A stretch of 63,649 nucleotides of DNA, the filler included, from Reclinomonas americana ATCC 50394 (Eukaryota): NCBI GenBank assembly GCA_048213135.1. It is 7 parts of 4 records of this genome, joined end to end, with 100 filler letters (N's around TTAATTAATTAA, not from the genome) between each part and the next. Parts side by side here need not be neighbours in the genome. Positions count along the whole stretch, not along the records: positions 1 to 28,994 come from PS015086.1; 6 more parts are not named here. One strand, 5' to 3'. The translations under genes and the position numbers were made by a program. How positions within the stretch are numbered: the stretch's first letter is position 1; every line of letters begins with the position of its first letter. Below the pieces are notes generated by a model. It worked only from the letters and a program-made list of their open reading frames with translations. It had not been told where the DNA came from and searched no databases. Positions 11,394-25,361 of the stretch are shown here, in pieces.

Positions 11394-11839
11394 NNNNNNN
11401 NNNNNNNNNNNNNNNNNNNNNNNNNNNNNNNNNNNNNNNNNNNNNNNNNNNNNNNNNNNNNNNNNNNNNNNNNNNNNNNNNNNNNNNNNNNNNNNNNNNN
11501 NNNNNNNNNNNNNNNNNNNNNNNNNNNNNNNNNNNNNNNNNNNNNNNNNNNNNNNNNNNNNNNNNNNNNNNNNNNNNNNNNNNNNNNNNNNNNNNAACCC
11601 GCGTGCCCGCGGAGAACGCTGCAGTGGAGAGGGGGAACGGATGACATCGATGGAGACAACATCGAGTTGAATGTGGACGCGCGTGTGAGGAGAGGGGGGG
11701 GGGGGGGCAGACAAGATCGGGGGTATCTTGGCGGTTGGAAGCCTGCTGCAGTACTACAGACTGTCACGCGCTCGACAACGAAGTGGCGAAGTAGGGAGAT
11801 CGTCCTCCAAGTTCGCTGCGAGGACACACACGCACGCCG

Positions 11840-11917
<78 letters not shown>

Positions 11918-13279
11918 GCACACACACACATACACACGCACACCCGCACACACACGCTGGCACACAGGCGCACCCACCCATTCACTCACTCACTCTTCAC
12001 TCTCCTTCTCCCTCACTCACCCTTCACTCTCCTTCTCCCTCACTCACCCTCCCTCACCCTCTCTCTTCCCCCTTTCCGCAGCATCCTCCTCCCTGTCCGC
12101 GCACATCCCTGTCATGCGCACTCGTGACTGTCTGGTTGCGCGACTGCTGGGCGGCTTCACTCCGACTGCGGCGCAGGTTCCGAAGCAGAGTGTGTCGAAC
12201 TCGTCGTATGGAGCGTGGTCGCGGCAGTCGCCGTTGCCACCGAATCCGCACACGGAGTGGGAGACCATGCATCCGCATGACATGACCTTCCATCGGAAGA
12301 AGTATGGTGAGAAGGAGGGACAGGGATTGGTGTACACTGTCTGCTTCACGTGTCTTGTTTCAGGCCGTGCCTCTCTCTCTCTCTCTCACACACACACACC
12401 AGGAGTCTATACTTGTTTGTCTATACTTTTTTCTCTCGTTTCCAGCTTACTCGCTTCTCGCTGTGATTGCTCACGCTCTGCGACTCTTGCTATGCGTATG
12501 TCTTCCTTTCCCCGTCGTGCACGTACTCTTGAATTTTCTCGTGCAAGCTGTGCTTCTTACTCGTGGCTTGTGCTTCCTTGTCGCTGTTGCGCATATGTGC
12601 AGTTCTCTTCCTTCTCGCGCGCAGAATCTCTCAAACTCAAGCGTGTGCTTCCTTGCGACTCTTTGCTTGGCGCGTGTCCAATCCTCGTCTTTCTCGCTGT
12701 ACACGCGCTCCCATGAGGACGAGCTGTCGTCGTCGATTCTGCACTCCTCTTTCCTTCTCCCACACCCTTCTCATGTGCGCCTTTTTGTTTCTCATCTCTC
12801 TGCTTTGCACGTGTCCAGTCCTCGTCTTTCTTGCTGTACACGCGCTCCCATGAGGACGAGCTGCTGTCGTCGTCGATTCTGCTCTCCTCTTTCCTTCTCC
12901 CACACCCTTCTCCTTCTCTGAGTTCCACTTTATCGTGTGCGCCTTCTGTTTCTCATCTCTCTGCTTCGCGCGTGTTCATAATCCTCTTCTTTCTCGCTGT
13001 ACACCGCCTCTCATGAATATGAGCTGCTGTCATCGTCGATTCTGCTCTCCTCTTTCCTTCCTCCCTCTCTCTCTCTCTCTTTGCTTCGCCTCCCATGTTT
13101 TGCTCTCTCCTCCACTCCCCTTGCCTCTCTCCCTTCCCTTTTGTCCCCTTTCCCCCCTTGCCCTTCCCTCACCCTCCCCATTCTGCGCCTCAGAGATGAA
13201 GACCTTCATGGAGGAAACCTTCAAGTTCAAAGACTGCCTCAAATCGACGAGCGCCCCATCGGCACCCGGCAAGAAGTAA
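11183..13279 (+). CDS. Probable multi-exon uncharacterised protein
   Basis: Coding-like exons ...[43 protein letters not shown] (ends at GTGAGA) and CAG|..[27 protein letters not shown] (about 13194-13279). The 5' exons are tentative. Confidence 0.35.
12676..13060. repeat. Intronic tandem repeat, ~135-165 bp unit, 3 copies
   Basis: CTCGCTGTACACGCGCTCCCATGAGGACGAGCTG...TCGATTCTGC recurs at about 12693, 12830 and 12992. Confidence 0.8.
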
Positions 13280-13529
13280 CTGCTTCTCCTCCTTTCCCTT
13301 CTTCTCCATCCATCTCTCTCTGTCACATTTGAGTTCATATAATTATTGTCAAAACATTTGTTATATGTGTGTATTGGTACAACATTGGAGACAGAGGGTG
13401 AGAGAGACACACACAGACAGCAGGCGCACATGTTTTCTTCTAACATGCAGGCCATTCGACTGTAGTGCTCCTCCTCGTCCTCGTCTCACTCTACGTACTA
13501 CTAACTTCTCTCTAACTACTCGGTGGTGA

Positions 13530-15418
13530 TTAGCGCGGCAACTGCAGGTTACGCACATTCTGGAACTGCAACAGCTGCGGCGACGGTGGGTTGACGCTGC
13601 TGGGGCCGGCGGCGCCGTAGCCACCCATGCCCATGCCCATGCCCATGGGCGAGACGGCGGCGGAAATGTGGTCGGCCCACACGGCGGCCTGGCACGCCTG
13701 CACCGAGTTCATGTAGCGCGGCGCACTGGAGACGGCGCTGCTGCACGCGCGCTGCTGCGCGTGCATGTTGAGGTGGCTGTGCGCGTTGGAGGCACCGCCA
13801 GTGGCCCACGTCTCGCGGCTGCGCAGGTCGGCCAGCGTGTGACGCAGATCCTCGATGAGGAAACGGCACAGGTCGTCTTCGGCGCTGATCGATCGCTCAA
13901 TGCGGTCAATGGCCGCCTGAATAATGTCGCGGGCGTCACTGGCCTTGTTCGAGTCGGCCAACTTGATGGCGCGCTCCAGTGCCTCGGTGGCAATGGAGCG
14001 ATTGCGGTGCTGATCGACCAGGCCACTGTGCTCCAACAAAAAGTCGGCGGGGAACGAGTCGGGGCGGTGAATGGTGAGTGCCGAGGCGGTGTCGACCATC
14101 TGGCTGGCCAGCACGTTAAAGTACTCGGCGCGCACGTCGAACACGGGCCACGAATCTGCAAACAGCGCGAGTGAGCCCAAGGATGCCTTTGCGTCGTGTA
14201 CAAGTGTGCGTAAAAACAACTCACCACGCGGCTCGTGCACGGCCGGGATGCGCAGCGTGAACAGCAGGTCGCGAGCCTCCTCGGCGTACATGTCGCCGAG
14301 GTCGATCAGCACGGACTTGCCGCCGTCGAGCATGGTGGAGTGGAACTTGGTGTGCGACTTGAGCACGAGGACGCCTTCGGTGGTGCAGTTGAGGGTGACG
14401 GTGATGTTCTGCGCCACGACGCTCATGAGGCCGCCCAGCGCGGCACCAAACGCCGTCGAGATCACCTCGGCGTTCTCCACAAAGTTGTAGGTGCCATTGG
14501 CCACCTCGGCAATTGCGCGGAGCATGCTGGCGTTGTGGTCGGCGCCGTAGCCCATGGTGATGATGGTCGGTGCGGGATCGCGGTGCTGCGACAGCGCGCC
14601 ACGCACCGCCTCGCACAACGGACCCTCCTGCACGATGCCGTGGTTGGCGAGGCCGTCGGTGAACACAATGATGGAGGCCACGTCGTTGACACGGCCGGCC
14701 TGCAGCAGCGAGAGGCCGCGCAGAATGCCACCCGACAGGTTGGTCGAGCCACGTGGTCGGATGCCCTTGATGCCGGCCTGCAGACGGCTCTTGCCGGCCT
14801 CGTTGACCGCCATCAGGTCGCACACCGTCTCCACGCGATCGTCGAAAGCCACCACGGCCACTCGGTCGCGGTGAGTGAGTTGCGTCAGGGCGAATTCCAG
14901 CGTCGTGTGCAGCAAGTCCATCTTGGTCTGCCGCGAGGGAGAGAGTTTGCGTCAATATCGAAATCGAACAGCGGAGGAAGAGAGGGCGGACGTGCGAGGA
15001 CAAAAAAACTCACCAGTGCTGCGCCCTGCACGGCTGTGCTGCCCATGCTGCCGGAGCAATCGACGACAAACACCAAGTCAAGCGGCTTGCGCTCGCGGTC
15101 ACTGTCGTCTTGGGAGACGGGCGGTGCACGCAGTGAGACCACCACGTCCAGCTCTGTCTCTTCGGAACACCGCACGGCTTGCACGTCGGGTTGGCATGTG
15201 AGAGGGATCTGTGTGTACGCGCACAGTGAGCGGCGTGCATCAAAGAGGGAATGCACAGATGGGTCCATTCTCACCTGGCCTGGTCGTCGAACAAAGGTGC
15301 CAAAGGTTGCCGGCGCCTCGTCGGGATCGGAAGCAGGTGCCACGGGAGTCATCGGTGCATCAACGGTGGCCGCAGGTGCTGCCGCCGATGAAGGGAAGGT
15401 TGCGCTATCGTCGCTCAT
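13530..15418 (-). CDS. von Willebrand factor A domain protein (YfbK / Ca-activated chloride channel-homologue-like VWA plus C-terminal domain), 4 exons
   Basis: MIDAS motif PLDLVFVVDCSGSM, then DRVAVVAFDD, RGSTNLSGG, IIVFTDGLAN, TMGYGADHN..MLRAIA...GTYNF, LGGLMSVVAQN and LGDMYAEE. Introns at about 15274-15209, 15014-14928 and 14224-14157. Confidence 0.9.
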
Positions 15419-16007
15419 GATGGATGATGATGGGGGGTTGGGGGGAATGGGGTTGGTCTGCGCTCCGGAGAGAATGCAAATAATTGTTTGTCTGGAAGTC
15501 TTGTCGTCCACTTGTACGCTGGCAGGTGCAAAAATAGCAATCGGGATTGTCACAATCCAACTGCCGTTCGCGACGCCGATATCATCACGGTGGCATGGCA
15601 TGCGAGGTAACACACGCTACTACGCAAGCCAGTGTGGCCGTGGAGAAAGAGGAGCAGACTGCAAGCTGTGCGCCGCTTGTTCGGATTTGCATGATTCGGA
15701 CAAGAGTTCGAATCCACGTGGTGCGTGTGTCTCTCTCCCTCCTCTCACTGTCTCTCACACCCTTCCCATTCCATCCATCACCCTCTCTCAATCAGTGCCC
15801 TCTCTCTGTTGTTGTCATGTTCGGTACGTATCCGATCGTGACGAATCGCATGCCAAAAATGCACAATGAAACCTCAAAGCTCGCACGCACGCCAACACCC
15901 TTCCCGCAGCGTCTTCCTCACATCGCGTGTACCACATTAACAGTCGAGCTTACACTAATAACATATATGGATGGATGGATGACTAATGATACCTACTTCA
16001 AAACAAA

Positions 16008-19000
16008 TCACGCTTCCCGCTCGAAAAACTCAAACGGGCACGGATCGGTGCGGTCCTTCACATGCACCAATGCCTCGACGACCAGCGTGTCGTCCAGCAC
16101 AAAGTCTTGCAACACTTGCGTGAGCACAAACTTGCGATCGCCCCAGTCCTGCACCTCGCGCCAGAAGAACGTGCGGTAATCTCTGCGTTCACACACATGG
16201 CAATGAGCGGAAGGACATTCACAACAGACAGAGGACCAGCACACGCACCCATACAGCGAGCGCAGCACGTCCTCCTGGTTGATGAGACCCAACCGGAAGA
16301 CGGCGGGGAATCGGTGCGATCTCTGTGTCCTCGGAGCCTCTGCAGAAACGCACAACCATCTACAGTCAGTTTTTCCGCACACAACATTACTCCTCTTTTC
16401 CACACAAGCCACACTCACCAGACGGCATCAAGAAAATGCCCACGTGATTCTCCTGTCGCACCAGACGCATGCACCACGAGTACGGTCCAATGCGGAACGG
16501 CGGCGAATCGCAGTGCTGGCGCCGGTCGGGACCCAGCGACAACAAGCGCTCCGTGACATTCTTGCACACCCACTTCCACGACTGCAGATCCTCGTTCACC
16601 ACGCGCACGGCAAACACGCCGTCGTGCGACGGCAGCTGCTCCGAGATAAAGTACTCGTACGTGCGGTAGAACTGCTTGCAGAATTGCTCTGCAACAAAGA
16701 AAACAAATCGTCAGACGCGTGAGGCACACACAACAACAACACACACTCACTGAACCACTCACCAGGATTGCCGTACGGATTGCGGTAGCGTGCACCCTGC
16801 AGCTGAGCACAGGCGGCCATCACCTCCCGCACTTGCTCGTCCGAGGTGATGCCGTTGGGCATGATGCCAATCGCACGCACCAGCTCCACAAAGGTGGGAT
16901 CGCTGCGCAGGCGCTTGACCAGTCGCGAGACACGATCACGGCCATGCAGCTCCACAAAGATGCGCGACTGGCGTCGGTTGCCCACAGACACCATGCGCAG
17001 AGCCGCCAAGACGTGCTCCAACACCGGCACCGACGACTCGTTCTCCAGAATGTCCAGCAGAAGTCGCTGACCGTCACAAACACCAAAAGCATAGGCGTTC
17101 ATGCGGTGCACTGCAGTGGGCAAATAAGACAGACACAAAACGTTAGTCTCACAACATTACTTTNNNNNNNNNNNNNNNNNNNNNNNNNNNNNNNNNNNNN
17201 NNNNNNNNNNNNNNNNNNNNNNNNNNNNNNNNNNNNNNNNNNNNNNNNNNNNNNNNNNNNNNNNNNNNNNNNNNNNNNNNNNNNNNNNNNNNNNNNNNNN
17301 NNNNNNNNNNNNNNNNNNNNNNNNNNNNNNNNNNNNNNNNNNNNNNNNNNNNNNNNNNNNNNNNNNNNNNNNNNNNNNNNNNNNNNNNNNNNNNNNNNNN
17401 NNNNNNNNNNNNNNNNNNNNNNNNNNNNNNNNNNNNNNNNNNNNNNNNNNNNNNNNNNNNNNNNNNNNNNNNNNNNNNNNNNNNNNNNNNNNNNNNNNNN
17501 NNNNNNNNNNNNNNNNNNNNNNNNNNNNNNNNNNNNNNNNNNNNNNNNNNNNNNNNNNNNNNNNNNNNNNNNNNNNNNNNNNNNNNNNNNNNNNNNNNNN
17601 NNNNNNNNNNNNNNNNNNNNNNNNNNNNNNNNNNNNNNNNNNNNNNNNNNNNNNNNNNNNNNNNNNNNNNNNNNNNNNNNNNNNNNNNNNNNNNNNNNNN
17701 NNNNNNNNNNNNNNNNNNNNNNNNNNNNNNNNNNNNNNNNNNNNNNNNNNNNNNNNNNNNNNNNNNTCATCGTCGCTGTACAAGCAGTCGTCGGATATGG
17801 ATCGTCGTGGTCGCCGCGCAACGGTGGAGGGCCCTGCTGGTGCACGTCAAATCCGCAAGCGACGACGCAGTCGAGGTCAGCGGAGACGCGCCTCGTCTGA
17901 CGCCTCGTCGCCCGCCGGTATTCAGCAGCAGCAACAGCGACTGCAGCAACAGCAACGCCAGGTGACGGCCGCTGGTCGTCACATGGAGGGCTCGAGTGGA
18001 GTTCGTCACACGACCTCGTCGACGGCATCACCGGCCTCGTCGCGCTCCCCGTCACCCACCAGCTCGGCCACCTCGTCGACGGCGACTTCGTCATCGTCGT
18101 CTGGTCGACACCGCCGTCGCCGCCACTCGTCGCAACAGCAGCAACAGCAGCAGCACGGTGGCGGCTCAAGGCGGTCGCGACACGCCAAGCAGCAACAGGG
18201 TGGCAAGAGCAACAAGAAGACCATGGCGATTGAGGACGACGTGGCGCTCTTTGACAAGAATCTGCTGCTGCACGACTCGCTGTCGGGGGCCGGAGCAAGT
18301 GGAGTCGGCGGCGACGTGCCGCACAGTCCGGTGTCCAAGCGATCGGCGGCCGCCATGTCCGCCACCTCGCAGGGAGGCAGTGGTTATGTTCACCACTTGT
18401 CTGATGCGGAGCGGCGGGCACGCGACCAGCTGCGCGTGGAGGTTGCCCGTGCATTGCGCAATGCGCTGCACAGTTGCGTCACGAGGATTGGAATCTCTCT
18501 TTCTCNNNNNNNNNNNNNNNNNNNNNNNNNNNNNNNNNNNNNNNNNNNNNNNNNNNNNNNNNNNNNNNNNNNNNNNNNNNNNNNNNNNNNNNNNNNNNNN
18601 NNNNNNNNNNNNNNNNNNNNNNNNNNNNNNNNNNNNNNNNNNNNNNNNNNNNNNNNNNNNNNNNNNNNNNNNNNNNNNNNNNNNNNNNNNNNNNNNNNNN
18701 NNNNNNNNNNNNNNNNNNNNNNNNNNNNNNNNNNNNNNNNNNNNNNNNNNNNNNNNNNNNNNNNNNNNNNNNNNNNNNNNNNNNNNNNNNNNNNNNNNNN
18801 NNNNNNNNNNNNNNNNNNNNNNNNNNNNNNNNNNNNNNNNNNNNNNNNNNNNNNNNNNNNNNNNNNNNNNNNNNNNNNNNNNNNNNNNNNNNNNNNNNNN
18901 NNNNNNNNNNNNNNNNNNNNNNNNNNNNNNNNNNNNNNNNNNNNNNNNNNNNNNNNNNNNNNNNNNNNNNNNNNNNNNNNNNNNNNNNNNNNNNNNNNNN

Positions 19001-20430
19001 NNNNNNNNNNNNNNNNNNNNNNNNNNNNNNNNNNNNNNNNNNNNNNNNNNNNNNNNNNNNNNNNNNNNNNNNNNNNNNNNNNNNNNNNNNNNNNNNNNNN
19101 NNNNNNNNNNNNNNNNNNNNNNNNNNNNNNNNNNNNNNNNNNNNNNNNNNNNNNNNNNNNNNNNNNNNNNNNNNNNNNNNNNNNNNNNNNNNNNNNNNNN
19201 NNNNNNNNNNNNNNNNNNNNNNNNNNNNNNNNNNNNNNNNNNNNNNNNNNNNNNNNNNNNNNNNNNNNNNNNNNNNNNNNNNNNNNNNNNNNNNNNNNNN
19301 NNNNNNNNNNNNNNNNNNNNNNNNNNNNNNNNNNNNNNNNNNNNNNNNNNNNNNNNNNNNNNNNNNNNNNNNNNNNNNNNNNNNNNNNNNNNNNNNNNNN
19401 NNNNNNNNNNNNNNNNNNNNNNNNNNNNNNNNNNNNNNNNNNNNNNNNNNNNNNNNNNNNNNNNNNNNNNNNNNNNNNNNNNNNNNNNNNNNNNNNNNNN
19501 NNNNNCGACGACGACGAAGAGCCAGACGATGTCGACGCAGTGCCGTTGTGAGACGATGACGTGGAGGCGGCGACGGGGCGCGGAGGTGCGCCACCATCGA
19601 CGACCAGCTCCACCGCCATGGCCGCCACATCGTTGGCCACCGACACGGCCAGTGCTCCACTCTCGTCGTCCAGCAGCATGCGCGGGGCCCTGGTGCCGGC
19701 CACCGCTGCCGTGGACGACGCCGACGACATGTCGTCCTCCGCCTCCTCCGCCGTCATAATGCCGCTCTCGGCATCGTCGGAGTACATGTCGGCCGACGAG
19801 CTCGACGCCGTGGCTGCCGACGTCGGTGTGCTATCGCCAGCAGCATCAGCGGCCGCCGCCGCCGCCGCCTCCTCCTCCGCGGCATCGCGGACACCGTCGA
19901 TATCGCCCTCCGCCGCCAGCAGCACTCGGCCCATGCGCTGATGGTGGTGGTGGTGATGGTGGTGGTGAGAGCGGTGACGCCGTCTCGACTCTGGCCGAAT
20001 TCGCTTCGCTGACGACGACGACACCATCGCCTGAGCCGCCTCGCCCTCCAGCAAGCACCCGTCATCGTCCGCATCGTCGTCCACATCCTCGTCGCTGAGC
20101 GTCGACACTGCCGAGTTGCTGCGGTGGCGGTGACGACCGTGGTGGCGCCGGTGGTGGTGACGGTGGTGTCGACGGCGATGGCCGGTCTCTTCATCGTCGT
20201 CCTCCTCCTCCTCCTCCTCGCCCTCGTCATCTTCCTCTTCCTCCTCCTCCTCCTCATCCTCATCATCGTCAACACCCTCCACCTCCTCGTCATCGTCATC
20301 ATCCTCGTCGTCATCGTCGTACTCCACAATGTCTTCGATGAGGATGTGATCCGCCGCCGAGCCGCCCATCATCACCAGTGCCGTCGCCGACGCATGCGTG
20401 GCCAGCGATGCCACCGACATGAGCGTCGAA

Positions 20431-20477
<47 letters not shown>

Positions 20478-21451
20478 ACCAGACCGCACCGCCATGGCCG
20501 ACGACGGCCGCACCGGCGCCGGTGGTGGTCTCCGGTGCTGATATCTGTCGTCGCCCACCGCCGACTTGACCGCTGTCGACGAAGGCGGCGCCGTCGGCGG
20601 CGCCTTGTGCGGGTAATGCTGATGGCGGTGAATACGACCATCGCCGAGGGCACGCGAGTTGCGCGCCCAGTCCGTGAGTCCGCTCTTGACAATGATCGCA
20701 TCGTTGAAGCCGAGATCTGTTGACGCGCACGAGTTGAGCGACTGGCACACAAAGAGCGACTGGCGCACAAGGCACTCACCATCCAGCATGCGTCGTCCTG
20801 AGTTATGCTCAGCAGCAGCCGCGGCAGCAGCAGCAGCCGCAGCCGCCGCCGCTGCTGCTGATGAAGCGGACAAGGCGCAGATACGGGACAGCAGCTTGAC
20901 GAGACGCTCGACGCCACCGCTCTCACACAGAGCATCCTGTGCCGAGCACGACGTCGACAGCAGGTTGCTCAACGCACCGCCCACTGCCACGCGCAGCCGC
21001 GTGTCCTCACTGTCATTGTCGACCAGCTCCAACATGCGAAGAAGCGCCGCGGGAGGGATCACCTCGCCAGCATAGAAGCGTCGCTCTGTGTGTGAGAGAG
21101 ACAGTGAGTGAGACAGGTTATGGTAGAGAGAGTGATCAGGTGCGCGCGCAACGATATGTGAGGAGCCAGAGTTTGCGAGCCGCGGCAAGTCTGATCTCTG
21201 ACCACCGCTCCGCATCCTCCACTGTTGTTGGTGCTGTTGGCACAGTGGTGTCGTCCTCAAACAAGATCGCCAACTCTGCACAGACGAGGCGAGGAGAGTG
21301 AGACATTCTCTCTCCGTGTGACAAGAAGACAGAGAGTCGATAAGGAACAACTCTCTCTGGACTCACCGGGTATGCAAGTTGCGGCGGTGGAGGAGGAAGC
21401 CAGTGTGGAATCTGTTGCGCTCAGCAACAGTAGTGATGATGACGACTCCAT
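16008..21451 (-). CDS. Large ARM-repeat protein with long low-complexity (D/E, H, Q, A, S) insert and C-terminal MATH/TRAF domain; segment 17767-18505 appears inverted in the assembly
   Basis: ARM-like segments RVAVGGALSNLL...QDALCESGGVERLVKLL and LEHVLAALRMVSVGN. MATH motifs WKWVCKNV, DSPPFRIGPYSWCMRL, VGIFL, FRLGLINQ, DWGDRKFV and FVLDDTLVVEALV, split by GT-AG introns. Confidence 0.72.
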
Positions 21452-22291
21452 TGGCAAACGAGAGCGGGAGAGAGAGAGAGAGAGTGCGTGTCACGTGCAG
21501 TCGCGAGAGCCGCGCAGGATTTTCGCGAGGTTTTCGTGCGCGCCCGTAGAAATGCGATGCTTGCTCCTCGTGTGTGTGAGAGAGAAGCGTGTGTGTGTCG
21601 TGTGTGTGTGACGGAGTGTGTGTGTGAGAGGGAGAGGGGGCACAGTGACGATTTTTTGATCGAGGTGTCCCTTCTCTCGCACGACCCGTGACAAAATGGT
21701 TGTGGACGGAACAATCTGCTTCTTTCTGGACGACTCGGAACAACTCGCTTTTCTCACTGCCCGCAGTGCGCGTGCGGTGCGCGCCCGAGTGGTGGTGTGA
21801 CTCATTTGGGTGATACCAGCAGGTGCGAGGTGTGCGGGCCGGGAGAGGGAGGAAAGAAGTGATCGTGTCCGATGAAATCGAACGTTACGCGAAGAGAGTG
21901 AAGGCAAAACAACAACGATTCCCTGGGCCGCAACCGCCCACCGCGATCCGCACCAAAATGCACATGATTGCATGTTCGCAAGGTTCATGTTCGTGCGACA
22001 CAGGGAAGAATAAGTGGCGCTGCGCGTGGAGCCTTGATGATTGACAGCTAGGATACAGGGGCAATCCATGAGAAAAAGCAATGAGCTCTGTATTGCGTGT
22101 GCCGCGTCGACGCAGTAAAAGGCGAGTGTCTTTCATGCGCAGTCAGCCGCACACATGCGTTGTGCCTGCAAACTGTCTCGGATTCGACGCCTCACTATCT
22201 CAACACCAGTTTCGCCCGCTTGCGACAAAATTGTCTACTCGTTAGTTGTGTCTTTAATAAAAGTGGAAAGTAAAAGTTGTTGTTGTACACT

Positions 22292-25251
22292 TCATCGTGA
22301 GGGGCGGCCGTATCGTGCATTGCGCAGCCGTTGGGCTGCCTCCGACGCTGCCGCCGACGACGCAGAAGACGAGTTGGCGGCTGAGGCGGATGACGATGAC
22401 GATTGTGGTGGCGGCGGTGGGGCTGGAGGGCCAAGTGGATTGTTGGTGGACCAGTCGCTGTGGCAGGAAACAGAATGGTTAGAATCCAGGGAGAGAGGGA
22501 GAAGGAAGAGGGAGAAGAAAGGGAAGGAGAAGGGAGAATGAGACGAGTGCAGAAAAGGTGCCAGGCGAAGAGTGGCGATCACTGGTAGATGCTCATGTTC
22601 TGTTATGCAGAGCAGGGTGCGAGGCGAAGAGCGAGTCAAGAAGAGCTGACCACAAGACTCACCCGTCGTGCGACGCCGCATCATCCGGTATCTCCACAAT
22701 CCGATCGTGACCATACGGCGCGCCACCACTGTTGCCGCGATCCCAGCCACCGCCACCACCACCACCACCACCACCCCATCCTTGCCGCCCATCGCGTGGA
22801 ACGGCTCCAGGAGGCGGCATGGCCGAGTACGGATCAAACACTGCAGGTGAGAAATTGTGAGATGCAACGCAAGACAACTGGCTGGCTGAGCCGCATGAAC
22901 GCAACTGCCTGCGTTTCCATACATGGACGGCGGTGGTGGCGGAGGTCCATACGGGTCGAAACCACCACCACCACCAAATGGTCGTCCTCCCCTCTGCGTT
23001 GGATCCATGTACGGGTCGAATGGTGGCGGAGGCGGTGGTGGTGGTCCTCCCATGAACGGCGGTGGCATGCCGCCGCGTGATGGTCCATTGCCCCAACGAT
23101 CACTGCCAAGCACACAAAGAGAGATGAGTTGACAGCCGCCGCCAGACAAACCTGGCAAACAATCGCGTACCCGTAATAGGGATCCGGTGGCGCCATGTTG
23201 CCACCTCCACCGTACATGTCGTCCCACATCTGGGGTGGCGGTGGTGGCGGCGGCGGTGGTGGCGGACCCATTCCGCGCCCGTAGCCCGGCATCTCCTCAA
23301 ACGCACTGCCGAATGATGATGGCGCATACGAGGTAGTAACTGGCCGATAGCCATTCGCGCCCGGTGGCGCCGCCGCCGCCGAGTATCGCGGTCCTTGATC
23401 TGGCGGTCCATACGCATTGTGCGGCGGTGGCCCGCGGAATCGGTCGTTCTCGAAACTGGAGGACGACGAGGAGGCGCCGGTTGGCATGCCCATGGGGATG
23501 GGTCGCGGCAACGACTTGAACGGGTTGGGTCGCGCCAGCGCATTCTCCGCTGAGGGTGCTGGCGGCTTGTTGCGCGACACATTCTCCTGCGCGTCTTGCT
23601 CGCGACGAAGGCGCTCGTCGGCCGCCTGCCTCCTGTCTCGTCCGCTCTTGGCGGCGCCGTCGCCCTCTGGGTTGGTGGCGGCATACGGAGCAGGGGCGCG
23701 CGGACCAAACATGTTGCGCTCGCGGGTGGTTGGCGACGGTTCACGCGGCGGTTGCTGCTGTTGCTGTTGCTGTGAGCTGGGCGGAACATCTTCCGATGCC
23801 GGCCGATTGTTGTTGGAGTCGGCGTTGCGTGGCGACGTCGACCCCGGCTTGGAGAGTGACTCGAATTGAGCGCTGTTGGTCGCTCGAGGCACGGTGGGCG
23901 CCACCGGTCCCACCCCTTCAAACATGAGAGTGGGCGACGACGACGAGTCAGCCGGCCGCTGGTTGCTGCTGCTGCCCATGTATGTCGCGCGTGGAGCCTG
24001 TGGATCGGGTGCTGGGTCAGTGGCGGGGCGTGACTTGGCCGACGGCACGCGGTTGTAGCGGTTGCCTGTGGGTGGATGAATCAGCTACGAGAGAGACAGG
24101 AGGGAGGGGGAGAGGGAGTGAAGGAGTGGTGAAAACGCACCACCACGACTTGGCGGTCGATGATACGGGCTCTCGCGAACAGGTTCCACTGGCGACGCTC
24201 CGTCCTCCTGCGCATCCTGCACTCGCATGCCATCGCCGCCAAGATCCTTGACCGCACGCGCACGACTCGCCGACTCCTGCGCCCGTCTCACCGTGTCCGA
24301 CACGTCCACACTCGGTCGCAGCACTGGCGGCGATGCATTGCGGGGTTGCGCAGAGGCAGAACCACTATCGGAGCAAACAAGCACAGAGTGAGTGAGCCTG
24401 GTGGGGTAGGCAACCAGGAGGCTCTCCTTCTGCGCACCTGAAGGACTCGGTGGGCGTCTGGAACGCGGGACCATTGCCGTGCTGCAAACCAGTCAGCGAC
24501 AAGACAACCAAGAAGAAGACTGGGTGAGAAGGAGACGAAACTGACAGGTCCTGGTCTTGCTGCTGAGCGCGCGAACGCGGGGACGAGGGTTGTTGAGACT
24601 GAGAAGGTTGCGGTTGCGGTTGCTGCTGTGGAGGTGGAGCCTGAGGCGACTGCACCAACGGTGGTGGTTGCTGATAGACTGCTGCTGGAGGTGGTGGAGG
24701 TGGTGGTGGAGGCGCCTTTCGAGGACCCAGCTTCTCCTCCAGCTCATCTACACAGAAGCACGTGAGCAGCTGCGCAACACTCTCGCACTCCCTCTGTGGC
24801 CTCTCTCAATCATGACGCAACGAGGAAAGTACTCGAGTGCGCGATAGATCCACTTGAGTGCCTCCTCACTGGCCTTGACAAAGGCCGGCGAGAAGTCTTG
24901 TGCGCCCACACCGACCTCCTCCTTGAAGACCTTCTTCAGATCACTCTGCGCGCGCACACACATATTGTGTGAATTTGGGACGAAATCGATGGATGCTCTG
25001 CTGTGTCATCGCACCAACTGAGCACCGCCAATGAGCTGAATGAGATCGCTGAGTGCCAGTTCCAGGTCCTCAGCACGCTCACGAATGCGATCGACCATCG
25101 ATCCGCGTCCGAGCAGAACGCGAGTGCCTCGGCTTTCCCGCGCGCCTATTGTGGAGGGTGGAGGTTGTGGTTGTGCTGCTGCTTGATGCTCTGCGGCCGA
25201 TGGAGGCCGAGAGGTGTGCGCCCCTGCGGCAGTGGACGAGCAGGAGCCCAT
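22292..25251 (-). CDS. Multi-exon Pro/Gly/Gln-rich protein with a likely N-myristoylation/palmitoylation start (MGSCSS)
   Basis: ATG at 25251 gives MGSCSSTAA. Helical exons RIRERAEDLELALSDLIQLIGGAQL|SDLKKVFKEEVGVGAQDFSPAFVKASEEALKWIYRALE are followed by long PPPPP/DPY-rich exons ending ...RLRNARYGRPSR*. Confidence 0.55.
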
Positions 25252-25361
25252 GCTGTTGTTCTCCCGCACAAACGACCAACGACGATGACTTGGGACGGAG
25301 AGGGCAACGGGACATATCAAACTTCCAAGCTCGCCCTCCCTTGTTGCACATTCATTCATGA

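Noticed and set aside
14235-15869. 544-aa plus-strand ORF, and similar antisense ORFs over the WD40 and kinase genes
   Set aside because: These are shadows of GC3-rich genes on the opposite strand, with no recognisable motifs.
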